This document shows positions 8,426-15,843 of a stretch of 19,286 nucleotides of DNA, piece after piece. Below the pieces are notes generated by a model, which was given only the letters and a program-made list of their open reading frames with translations, did not search any database and had not been told where the DNA came from. The stretch's first letter is position 1. The number at the start of each line of letters is the position of its first letter. Position numbers and translations under genes: made by a program. Origin of the DNA: Verrucomicrobiota bacterium (lineage in GTDB: Bacteria > Verrucomicrobiota > Verrucomicrobiia > Verrucomicrobiales > DEV007); NCBI GenBank assembly GCA_045046875.1, contig JASFYY010000044.1, positions 1 to 19,286 on the forward strand, in the 5' to 3' direction.

Positions 8426-8527
8426 TCTTGTATAGCTATACGAGTTTACGCTTATTACGTCAATGCCTCAAATTCAGACGCATTAAATACTAGAAATTGT
8501 ATTTTTATTTTTTCCTTTAATTGAAAA

Positions 8528-8674
8528 TCACTTGGCGTCATCGTCTTCCAAAGGCAACAACGCCTCCTGATCCAAACTGCTGCTCTGACGTCCTTGCCTA
8601 TCCCGCAAAAACAGCACGATGAAAAGAATCGCCAACAACAAGCTAATAAACAAGGTAAATATCAGTACTTCCAT
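8528..8674 (-). CDS. ccoS: CcoS/FixS-like cbb3 assembly peptide (48 aa)
   Basis: MEVLIFTLFISLLLAILFIVLFLRDRQGRQSSSLDQEALLPLEDDDAK: N-terminal TM helix and acidic 'LEDD' end, directly upstream of ccoN. Start moved from 8758 to ATG 8674. Confidence 0.7.
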   Translation of the reverse strand: MEVLIFTLFISLLLAILFIVLFLRDRQGRQSSSLDQEALLPLEDDDAK

Positions 8675-8922
8675 ATTCCCGCTCTTTTGCAGATCAGACA
8701 TCTGAGCTTCAAGCCATTCTAATATTCTGCACCGCATTCCTTGCAGGCTTTTCTGCATTTCTTGGTATCAGGCTTAAAACTACCTTTCCCTCCCTGCAAA
8801 TTGAGCCCAAACAGCATAACTGTCTAGCTATATTTGATAGCCTTTTGATTTTCTTTATTGCTCATCGGCAAAAAACCGGTAAATCAAACTAACACACTCT
8901 CTATTTACCCAAACCAACATCT

Positions 8923-9381
8923 ATGAAAGCACATTCCCTTCTTGCCCTGACTACCCTAAGCCTATTGGTATTTTCCCTGAATTCATGCGCCAGTAAAAGG
9001 CCGGACCTGATCAAAACCGATGACTCCCTGGCTGCCGTCGAAATCCGAAACTCCAATGAAACCGACATCCGCTATGCCGTCATCGAGACTTTTCTCGTCA
9101 ACGGTTACCAGCGCGAAAGCACTTACGGACTCACTTTCATCAAAAAAGGCAATATCCTCAGACAAATTGAATACGCCTCTTACATGGGCGGAGCTGCCCG
9201 CATGAGAGTCAAAGTCCGCATCGAACAGATCTCATCGAGCTCCCACATTGTCAAAGTCAACGCATTCACCATGACCCACCGCGACTCCAGTTTCGGAGCT
9301 CACGAAAAAAAGGTTCGTGGCTTAAGAAGAGCGCATTACAAAAACCTCCTGCAAGAAGTCAGCGACCGTTTGCAACAATAA
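8923..9381 (+). CDS. Hypothetical lipoprotein (152 aa)
   Basis: Basic N-terminus, hydrophobic core and lipobox-like LNS-C. Natural-looking alpha/beta mature region. Divergent from the cco operon. Confidence 0.75.
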   Translation: MKAHSLLALTTLSLLVFSLNSCASKRPDLIKTDDSLAAVEIRNSNETDIRYAVIETFLVNGYQRESTYGLTFIKKGNILRQIEYASYMGGAARMRVKVRIEQISSSSHIVKVNAFTMTHRDSSFGAHEKKVRGLRRAHYKNLLQEVSDRLQQ

Positions 9382-9400
9382 TAAAAGCGAACAAATCGCT
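9380..9400 (-). terminator. Weak candidate intrinsic terminator between the convergent lipoprotein and desaturase genes
   Basis: Hairpin AGCGA-N5-TCGCT (9386-9400), followed on the minus strand by a short T-rich run (TTTATT). The stem is only 5 bp. Confidence 0.3.
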
Positions 9401-9413
9401 CAGGGTGCAGGAC

Positions 9414-9483
9414 AAAATGTGATAGCGCAGTGCGAAGCGCTGGGGTTAAATCGGTTTTATTGCCAGCCCTAAAAGGGCGCAAT
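9414..9483 (+). repeat. Degenerate REP-like extragenic element (two short hairpins)
   Basis: AAAATGTGATAG, then hairpin CAGTGC-GAA-GCGCTG (9428-9442), then hairpin GCCCT-AAA-AGGGC (9466-9478). From memory, this resembles the 'TAGCCCAGGGCAACGCCCTGGG...AGCCCTGAAAGGGCG' class of RAYT-associated repeats. Confidence 0.55.
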
Positions 9484-9540
9484 GATGTTGATGCGTGATA
9501 AGGTAGCTTTCAATAAGCAATGGCTAACTTTTTCAATCGC

Positions 9541-10707
9541 TCAAGCCATCTGGGCTTGAGCGTAAAAATGCGCATTCTTCCACTCTTCGAACATCTCCTG
9601 CACGTGGTGGGAGGCTTCTTGAGCTTCTTTTTTCAGCTCCGCAATCTGGTGGCGTGAAGCTTCGATTTGTTTGCCCATCGCCAGTTGATACTGCTCTTTT
9701 TTAACCGTCCATTCCTTCATCGCCTGACTCAACCGGTCCTGACTAGCGTGCAGCGACTCAAGAATCGGTGCCGGCAATGAGTATCCCTTGGCTTCCAAGT
9801 GCTCATCAAAGCGTTTCTGCTGCTCACGGATTTCGGCTTGCAGGATCTTTTCATCAGATACCCGGCGCAGCCCGGATGCCATACCCACTTTGTCCAAAGC
9901 CCAGATCGCCCATTTGGTAGGATCATAACCCCAGGGTTTGATCGCATTGCGGTAATCGTGTTGAAACTGGTGATGGTAGTTGTGGTAACCCTCCCCGTAG
10001 GTAAACAAAGCCATGATCGCACTGTCACGAGCCGTGTTATCCGTAGAATAAGGACGGGTGCCGATCATGTGGCAGAAAGAATTGATGAAAAAAGTGAAGT
10101 GCTGCACCACCACCGCACGCAGCAATCCGGAAATCAAAAAGCTAGCCAAAGCCGCACTCCCAGCACCGATGCCAGTGTAATAACCCCAGATCCCACCCAT
10201 CAAAGCAGGCAAGCCAAAACCTATGCCAAAAGCCAGCGGCAAATAATGTTTATGCTGAAACATCAACATTGGCGATTTTTTCAAATCCTCGACATTGTCA
10301 ATCGGCGTCGGCTCGCTAGGAGCAAAAAGCAACCACCCGATATGAGCATGAAAAAAGCCCTTGTTGATATCATAGGGATCTTCATTGGTATCCACGTGTT
10401 TGTGATGCCTGCGATGGTCAGCCGACCACTCCAGAACCGATCCCTCAAAAGCCCCCGCACCAAAAAGCAGCGTGAACCACTTCACCGGAGATTTGGCTTT
10501 AAACGCCAGATGTGAAAACAAACGATGGTAACCCAGCGTGATACTCATTCCTGTGGCAAAGTAGAAAAAGATGAACAATAAAATCTGAAAAAGATCGATT
10601 CCGTGAGTCCACAGATACCATGGCACCACCAGCACTGCGCAAATCAAAGTGGAAACCAAAAAGGTCGTATTAGGCCAATTCATCCGGTTTAAAACGTTTT
10701 TTGACAT
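9541..10707 (-). CDS. Delta-9 acyl-CoA/acyl-lipid fatty acid desaturase (Ole1/DesA-like) with a C-terminal helical extension
   Basis: Three His boxes (GYHRLFSH, DHRRHHKH, GEGYHNYHH), plus FFHAHIGWL, FFINSFCH and YDPTKW. Confidence 0.93.
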   Translation of the reverse strand: MSKNVLNRMNWPNTTFLVSTLICAVLVVPWYLWTHGIDLFQILLFIFFYFATGMSITLGYHRLFSHLAFKAKSPVKWFTLLFGAGAFEGSVLEWSADHRRHHKHVDTNEDPYDINKGFFHAHIGWLLFAPSEPTPIDNVEDLKKSPMLMFQHKHYLPLAFGIGFGLPALMGGIWGYYTGIGAGSAALASFLISGLLRAVVVQHFTFFINSFCHMIGTRPYSTDNTARDSAIMALFTYGEGYHNYHHQFQHDYRNAIKPWGYDPTKWAIWALDKVGMASGLRRVSDEKILQAEIREQQKRFDEHLEAKGYSLPAPILESLHASQDRLSQAMKEWTVKKEQYQLAMGKQIEASRHQIAELKKEAQEASHHVQEMFEEWKNAHFYAQAQMA

Positions 10708-10857
10708 GATATTATATATATGAGTTGGGGGATTATGTATAAATAGCGACCTTAGTCACGATAAAACGAGAACTTTATACTCAAATTCTTGGCAAATCAA
10801 CCCCGCTCTTGAACTGCTTCTTGCCAACTTTCAAGCCTCAATCGGTATGAACCCCAC

Positions 10858-11184
10858 TCAGCGGCGTTCGTAAACCTCAAAACTATCAAAAACCACCTCC
10901 TCCGAAGACGAGGCCTGAAGGGCAATCGTATCATAATGATCTTGATCTTCTTCGGTCTGCCAAGGCACCTCATTATAGAGACTGACAAACTCAACGAACT
11001 CGATTCCGAGTTTCCGCCCGGCAAACTCCAACTGGAACTGCTCCATCGCATCGCGGGCATCCACCCCCTGGACAAAACAATACACCCAGCCACCGGCGAA
11101 TTCGCCATGGTGCTTCGAACCCTGCTGATAGCTAAATTCTATATTCGCCCAGTAAACCAGGCGGTTGGGATCAGGTGAAAACAT
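10858..11184 (-). CDS. Hypothetical small acidic protein (108 aa)
   Basis: ATG-started ORF filling the gap between purH and the desaturase, on the same strand, with protein-like composition. No family recognised. Confidence 0.65.
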   Translation of the reverse strand: MFSPDPNRLVYWANIEFSYQQGSKHHGEFAGGWVYCFVQGVDARDAMEQFQLEFAGRKLGIEFVEFVSLYNEVPWQTEEDQDHYDTIALQASSSEEVVFDSFEVYERR

Positions 11185-11314
11185 GGATAAATCGGCTGCT
11201 ACTCAAGTCTGGGCGATAAAACGATTTCAAGCAAAACAATTTGTTAGAAATATTTTATTCCGCCCACTGCTACTGCTCAGAATCTAAAAGGCAGGACAAC
11301 CCGCTAAATGTTGC

Positions 11315-12853
11315 TCAATGAAGGAAATGACGATGCCCGGTGAACACCATGGCAATATCCCGCTCGTTCGCCGCCGCGATCACTTCTTCATCACGTATCG
11401 AACCACCGGGCTGGATCACCGCAGTTGCACCCGCGTCCGCCGCCGCAATCAATCCATCCGCAAATGGGAACATCGCATCACTGGCCACTACGCTACCTTT
11501 CAGGCTCAAGCCCGCTTGCTCAGCCTTCCACACCGCCAGACGTCCGGCATCCACTCGTGACATCTGCCCAGCTCCGATTCCCAGCGTCCGGTCATTGGTT
11601 GAAAATACAATCGCATTGGATTTGACGTGTTTGACCACTCTCCAAGCGAAACGCATCGCTTCGATCTCCTCTGCCGTCGGTGGTCGGTTGGTGACCACCT
11701 TCTCTTCGATCTTGTCCAAGCCCAGGGCCACCGGATCTGCATCCATCACCATCAAACCGCCAGGCACCGATCTTAAAGTCGGGTCTTTCAGCGTGCTCGC
11801 AAAACTCTCGTTCACCTGGATCAAACGCAGATTTTTCTTTTTCTGTAAAACCGCACGCGCATCGCTTTCGAATTCAGGCGCAATGATCACATCGGTGAAA
11901 ATCTCCGAAATCACCCGTGCCATACTCACCGTCAGCGGGCGGTTGCAGACGATCACTCCACCAAAAGGCGCTTGTTTGTCCGTTTCAAAAGCCTTCTCCC
12001 AAGCTGCCCGCAAGTCTTCATCATCCGCCCCGAGACCACAAGGATTGGTGTGTTTCAAAATCCCCACCGCCGGACGTCGGAACTCATGGATCAACTCAGC
12101 CGCGGCACCAATGTCCAATACATTGGTATAAGAGAGCCCCTTGCCCTGCAACTGCTTGAAATGCTCACTAAAATCCCCGTAAAGCGAAGCTTCCTGGTGA
12201 GGATTCTCACCATAGCGCAACACCGTATCCAAAGGCAGGGAGACCGAAAACGAACTCTCCGTCTCCTGACTTTCGTTCAAGTAAGCAGCGATCACCCGGT
12301 CGTAAGTCGCCGTACGTTGAAAAACTTTGATCGCCAGCCGCTCGCGGGTTTTCAGCTTGGTTTCGCCTTCATTGTCATCCAATTCCGTCAAAATCCCCTC
12401 ATAATCCGCCGGATCGACCACCACCGTCACTGATTTGTAATTTTTAGCGGCTGAACGCAACATCGACGGACCACCGATGTCGATCTGTTCGATCGCCACA
12501 TCCAGCGTCACATCCTCCTTGGCGATGGTTTCTTCAAAAGGATACAAATTGACCACCACCAAATCGATCGGTTCAATCCCGTTCTCATTAGCCTGGGCCA
12601 CATGCCCTTCGTCATCACGTCGATAGAGCAAACCTCCATGAACCTTGGGATGCAGCGTTTTGATGCGTCCCTCGAACAGCTCGGGAAAGCCGGTGAACTC
12701 CGACACATCCTTCACCGGAACGTCCAGCTTACGGATAAAACCCGCTGTCCCTCCGGTAGAAAGAATCTCAACCCCCTTTTCATGCAGCCTCCGAACCAAA
12801 GGCTCCAGACCAGATTTATCCGACACAGAAATCAATGCACGCTTTATGCTCAT
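11315..12853 (-). CDS. purH: Bifunctional AICAR transformylase / IMP cyclohydrolase
   Basis: RALISVSDKSG, LSTGGTA, GRIKTLHPKVHGG, IDIGGPSMLRSAAKN, LRYGENPHQ, KHTNPCG, KHVKSNAI, ASDAMFPF and QPGGSIRD...RHFLH. Confidence 0.98.
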   Translation of the reverse strand: MSIKRALISVSDKSGLEPLVRRLHEKGVEILSTGGTAGFIRKLDVPVKDVSEFTGFPELFEGRIKTLHPKVHGGLLYRRDDEGHVAQANENGIEPIDLVVVNLYPFEETIAKEDVTLDVAIEQIDIGGPSMLRSAAKNYKSVTVVVDPADYEGILTELDDNEGETKLKTRERLAIKVFQRTATYDRVIAAYLNESQETESSFSVSLPLDTVLRYGENPHQEASLYGDFSEHFKQLQGKGLSYTNVLDIGAAAELIHEFRRPAVGILKHTNPCGLGADDEDLRAAWEKAFETDKQAPFGGVIVCNRPLTVSMARVISEIFTDVIIAPEFESDARAVLQKKKNLRLIQVNESFASTLKDPTLRSVPGGLMVMDADPVALGLDKIEEKVVTNRPPTAEEIEAMRFAWRVVKHVKSNAIVFSTNDRTLGIGAGQMSRVDAGRLAVWKAEQAGLSLKGSVVASDAMFPFADGLIAAADAGATAVIQPGGSIRDEEVIAAANERDIAMVFTGHRHFLH

Positions 12854-12994
12854 CGTTTTTAGAAATGTTTCCCGCCAATAAAATGGCGATGGCCAGAATT
12901 ACCACGGAACCCCATCGGTGCAAGACCAAAGTCACCTCAAATAACAAAGATTCACAAATATAAACAAATAGTGCGCAAAATGCCTCAGAGTTGG

Positions 12995-13022
12995 TTGACA
13001 ACACGCGCTAGCCCTTTAAAGT
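12995..13022 (+). promoter_or_regulatory. Candidate sigma70 promoter of rplM-rpsI
   Basis: TTGACA (12995-13000), 16-bp spacer, TAAAGT (13017-13022), then a GC-rich discriminator-like TGCGCTCC. Confidence 0.6.
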
Positions 13023-13118
13023 TGCGCTCCTCAACATCGAGCCTTTATAGGGAAAGGTTTTGAGGAGATCCAGCGTCTCATGGAGAATCTTTTTCAGGAA
13101 CTCTACGACGCAACTTTA
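13017..13118 (+). ncRNA. Candidate structured rplM leader RNA
   Basis: Nested complementary segments: TAAAGTTGCG/CGCAACTTTA, CTCCTCAA/TTGAGGAG, GCCTTT/AAAGGT, GCGTC/GACGC and TGGAG/CTCTA. Confidence 0.5.
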
Positions 13119-13126
13119 CCACGCAA

Positions 13127-13567
13127 ATGAAAGCTACAAAAACATTTTCAGCCAAAGCCGAAGAAATCGACCGCAAATGGTATGTGATCGACGCCGAAGG
13201 ACAGATTCTCGGAGACGTTGCCGTTAAAGCGGCCAACTTGCTCCGCGGCAAAGGGAAACCCCTTTTCACTCCTCATTGCGATTGCGGTGACTTCGTAGTG
13301 GTTATCAATGCTGAAAAAGTCACTCTTTCCGGCAAAAAGGAAGAAAAGAAAACCTACACCAGCTACTCAGGATATGTCGGTGGACAAAAAATCGAAACTC
13401 CACGAGCTGTTCGCGAAAGACACCCCGAACTGCTGGTCGAAAGAGCGGTCACTGGAATGGTGCCACACAACCGACTGGGACGTGCCATCCTGAAAAAGCT
13501 GAACGTTTATGCCGGCAACGAACATCCGCACGCAGCGCAAAATCCCGAAGCCTACAGCATCGCTTGA
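13127..13567 (+). CDS. rplM: 50S ribosomal protein L13
   Basis: RKWYVIDAEGQILG, LRGKGKPLFTPHCDCGDFVVVINAEKV, GMVPHNRLGR and HPHAAQNP. Confidence 0.99.
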   Translation: MKATKTFSAKAEEIDRKWYVIDAEGQILGDVAVKAANLLRGKGKPLFTPHCDCGDFVVVINAEKVTLSGKKEEKKTYTSYSGYVGGQKIETPRAVRERHPELLVERAVTGMVPHNRLGRAILKKLNVYAGNEHPHAAQNPEAYSIA

Positions 13568-13618
13568 TTTATTTATTTTCCCTACTAATTTTCCGCATAC
13601 ATTGATTCAATCTTAATT

Positions 13619-14014
13619 ATGAGCACCGCAACTCTTGCCACCGCCACCGGCCGCCGTAAAAACGCTGTCGCCAGAGTCCAAATCAAAGCCGGTTCAGGCA
13701 AAATCACCGTCAACGACCGCCCGGTAGAAGAATACTTCCCGACTTTGGTTCTACAAAACAAACTGATCGAGCCGCTGCAAGTCGCTCAGGTGAACAATCA
13801 ATACGACATCGACGTGAAAGCCCACGGAGGTGGCGTCACCGGTCAGGTCGGAGCCATCACATTGGGAATTTCCCGTGCGCTGATCGACATCGATGCCGAG
13901 CATCGCCCACCGCTGAAAAGCAAAGGCCTGCTGATGCGGGACAGCCGCATGAAAGAGCGCAAAAAACCAGGTCAACCCGGAGCACGCAAACGCTTCCAGT
14001 TTTCCAAACGTTAA
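13619..14014 (+). CDS. rpsI: 30S ribosomal protein S9
   Basis: TGRRKNAVARV, GGGVTGQ and RMKERKKPG...ARKRFQFSKR; follows rplM. Confidence 0.99.
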   Translation: MSTATLATATGRRKNAVARVQIKAGSGKITVNDRPVEEYFPTLVLQNKLIEPLQVAQVNNQYDIDVKAHGGGVTGQVGAITLGISRALIDIDAEHRPPLKSKGLLMRDSRMKERKKPGQPGARKRFQFSKR

Positions 14015-14036
14015 TCTGCGCTTCACAGCCGATTTC

Positions 14037-14067
14037 AAAAAGGAGCCGTATTCCGGCTCCTTTTTTT
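14037..14067 (+). terminator. Rho-independent terminator of rplM-rpsI (potentially bidirectional)
   Basis: AAAAAGGAGCCG-TATTC-CGGCTCCTTTTTTT: perfect stem with a T run downstream and an A run upstream. Confidence 0.92.
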
Positions 14068-14185
14068 GTGCCCGCTTTCATGCCCTTGTTCACTGGATAA
14101 AATTCATCCTCAAGCTTCATGGATTCCATTGACGAATGCCCCGCTTGCGGATTTATTAAGCATGGTGAAATATCCTGCCCTTATC

Positions 14186-15133
14186 ATGAAAAAAACTTTC
14201 CGCCTTTTCACTTCTACTCTAAGCCAGCTAGGAGTTCTGCTTTTATTCCTAAGCCCCTCCCTGCACGCTCAATCAAATCCCACCACCCCCTGGCTCACCG
14301 ATTTCCAGGTAGCTAAAAAGGCCGCCGCTAAAGAAAAGAAAGACATCGCGCTGCTTTTCACCGCCAGTGACTGGCTGGATCTGGCAAAAACTTTTGACGA
14401 AAAAATCCTCTCCCAGAAAGAATTCCTCGACCAGGCAAGCAGTCGCTACATTCTAGTCAAACTCGACTTTCCGAAAGACAAGGCCCGGATCAAGCAACAA
14501 ACCGCCACCCAAAACCAACTGCTGATGCAGGCCTACCGGGTAAGGGGCCTGCCCACCATGGTGCTCACCGATGACCTCGGCCGCCCTTACGCGATCACAG
14601 GTTACCACGATGGCGGTTTGACTGCCTGGTTGGAGGAATTCAATCTCTTGCGTCAAACCCGCGAAAAACGAGACCGCCTGATCGCCGAAGCAAAACAGGT
14701 CGAGGGAGTCGAGCGCGCCCAACTTCTCGCCCAGGCCCTGCCCGACCTGCCAGGCAACATCGCCGCCCGTTTTTACCGCAACATCATGAACGAGGCCATC
14801 AAACTCGATCCTGCCAACAAATCCGGACGAATTGAATATTACAAAAGCCTCATTGCCGACGTGCAATACGCCGATCAAATGCAAAAACTCGCCCTTGAAG
14901 GCAATGACAAAAAAATGTTGGCGCTCAGCAAACACTACCTCAAAGTAGGTTACTTAAACGCAGCTTCACGACAAAGCGTGCTGTTCAACATCTTTGGCAT
15001 TTACGAAAAACAGAACAACACAGACTTGATGGGGAAAACCCTGCAAGCGATCATCAATACCGCCCCTGATTCATCCCAAGGCAAACAGGCCGCGACCCTA
15101 CAAGAGAAATTGAAAGTAAAAGCATCCAAATAA
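14186..15133 (+). CDS. Exported thioredoxin-fold protein lacking CxxC, with a helical C-terminal domain
   Basis: Signal peptide ending SLHA-Q. WLTDFQVAKKAAAKEKKDIALLFTASDW...LVKLDFP...YRVRGLPTMVLTD..GRPYA.TGY matches the 'FTGSDWCxxC' thioredoxin family, but the CxxC position reads LDLA. Start moved from 14066 to ATG 14186 (315 aa). Confidence 0.8.
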   Translation: MKKTFRLFTSTLSQLGVLLLFLSPSLHAQSNPTTPWLTDFQVAKKAAAKEKKDIALLFTASDWLDLAKTFDEKILSQKEFLDQASSRYILVKLDFPKDKARIKQQTATQNQLLMQAYRVRGLPTMVLTDDLGRPYAITGYHDGGLTAWLEEFNLLRQTREKRDRLIAEAKQVEGVERAQLLAQALPDLPGNIAARFYRNIMNEAIKLDPANKSGRIEYYKSLIADVQYADQMQKLALEGNDKKMLALSKHYLKVGYLNAASRQSVLFNIFGIYEKQNNTDLMGKTLQAIINTAPDSSQGKQAATLQEKLKVKASK

Positions 15134-15187
15134 ACCAAGCCTCCTCCATTTTTAGTATTGCCCTCTCCCCCCTTCGCCCTTCCACCA

Positions 15188-15826
15188 ATGAACACCCATT
15201 CCAAACGCTATCACCGCCAACTTGCGCTATTGATCCTCGCCATCACCCTTCCCATGCTGACTCAGTGCGGCGGCATCGGCGGATACAAATCGATTTCTTA
15301 TTCCAAGGGCAAACTGTCCACCCCGCCCACCACACTCTCCCAACGGGATTACCCATTTGACTCCAAGGGCCGCTACCGCACCGACTGGGTAAAAGGGGGC
15401 TCCACCAAAAAACGCTCCAAATCTTCCTTTAATACAGCCGCCGCCGCCAAACCACAGCCCCAGACTCAAAGCACCATCGCTCAAAGCCCGCCTAAGAGCA
15501 GCTCTCAAAAAAGCAAAAGTTCCACTTCATCCAGTAAGATCAGATCCAGCAAATCGAGTAAAGCCATGTCGGTGGCATCAAACACCAGCTACCCACCAAA
15601 AAGCAAAGCGGCACCAGAACCCAAATACACACCCCCGCCAGCCCCGGCACCACCAAAACCCAAACCCGCACCCAAAAAAGCAGAGGCACGCTATCACACC
15701 ATTGCCAAGGGCGACACCCTGTGGGGCATCAGTCGACGCTACAAGGTGGGAATCGCCGCCATCAAATCAGCTAACGGCTTAAGCACCGATCTCATCCGCC
15801 CCGGACAAACCCTGCGCATCCCTTAA
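15188..15826 (+). CDS. LysM-domain lipoprotein with a long Ser/Lys/Pro-rich linker
   Basis: Lipobox-like LTQ-C-GG, short motif YPFDSKGRYRTDW, low-complexity linker and C-terminal LysM (HTIAKGDTLWGISRRY...LIRPGQTLRIP). ATG 15188 preferred. Confidence 0.88.
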   Translation: MNTHSKRYHRQLALLILAITLPMLTQCGGIGGYKSISYSKGKLSTPPTTLSQRDYPFDSKGRYRTDWVKGGSTKKRSKSSFNTAAAAKPQPQTQSTIAQSPPKSSSQKSKSSTSSSKIRSSKSSKAMSVASNTSYPPKSKAAPEPKYTPPPAPAPPKPKPAPKKAEARYHTIAKGDTLWGISRRYKVGIAAIKSANGLSTDLIRPGQTLRIP

Positions 15827-15843
15827 TCCATAACTCCCCCACC

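Noticed and set aside
8675..8922. FNR/FixK box upstream of the cco operon
   Set aside because: TTGAT half-sites occur, but none has ATCAA at the 4-bp spacing.
9799..10515. 238-aa ORF antisense to the desaturase
   Set aside because: Shadow ORF fully inside a well-supported gene.
10787..10827. TTCTTGGCAA / TTCTTGCCAA repeat upstream of the desaturase as a sigma54 promoter or operator
   Set aside because: The GG-N10-GC spacing is not met, and short 7-bp arms about 25 bp apart could be chance.
11340..12131. 263-aa ORF antisense to purH
   Set aside because: Shadow ORF with S/A/T-rich antisense composition.
12854..12990. ZMP/ZTP or purine riboswitch upstream of purH
   Set aside because: Only a small CGCCA-N6-TGGCG hairpin is visible. 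The conserved ZTP aptamer segments were not found, and a candidate promoter (TTGCAC...TAATTC) would leave too short a leader. An Rfam scan would settle it.
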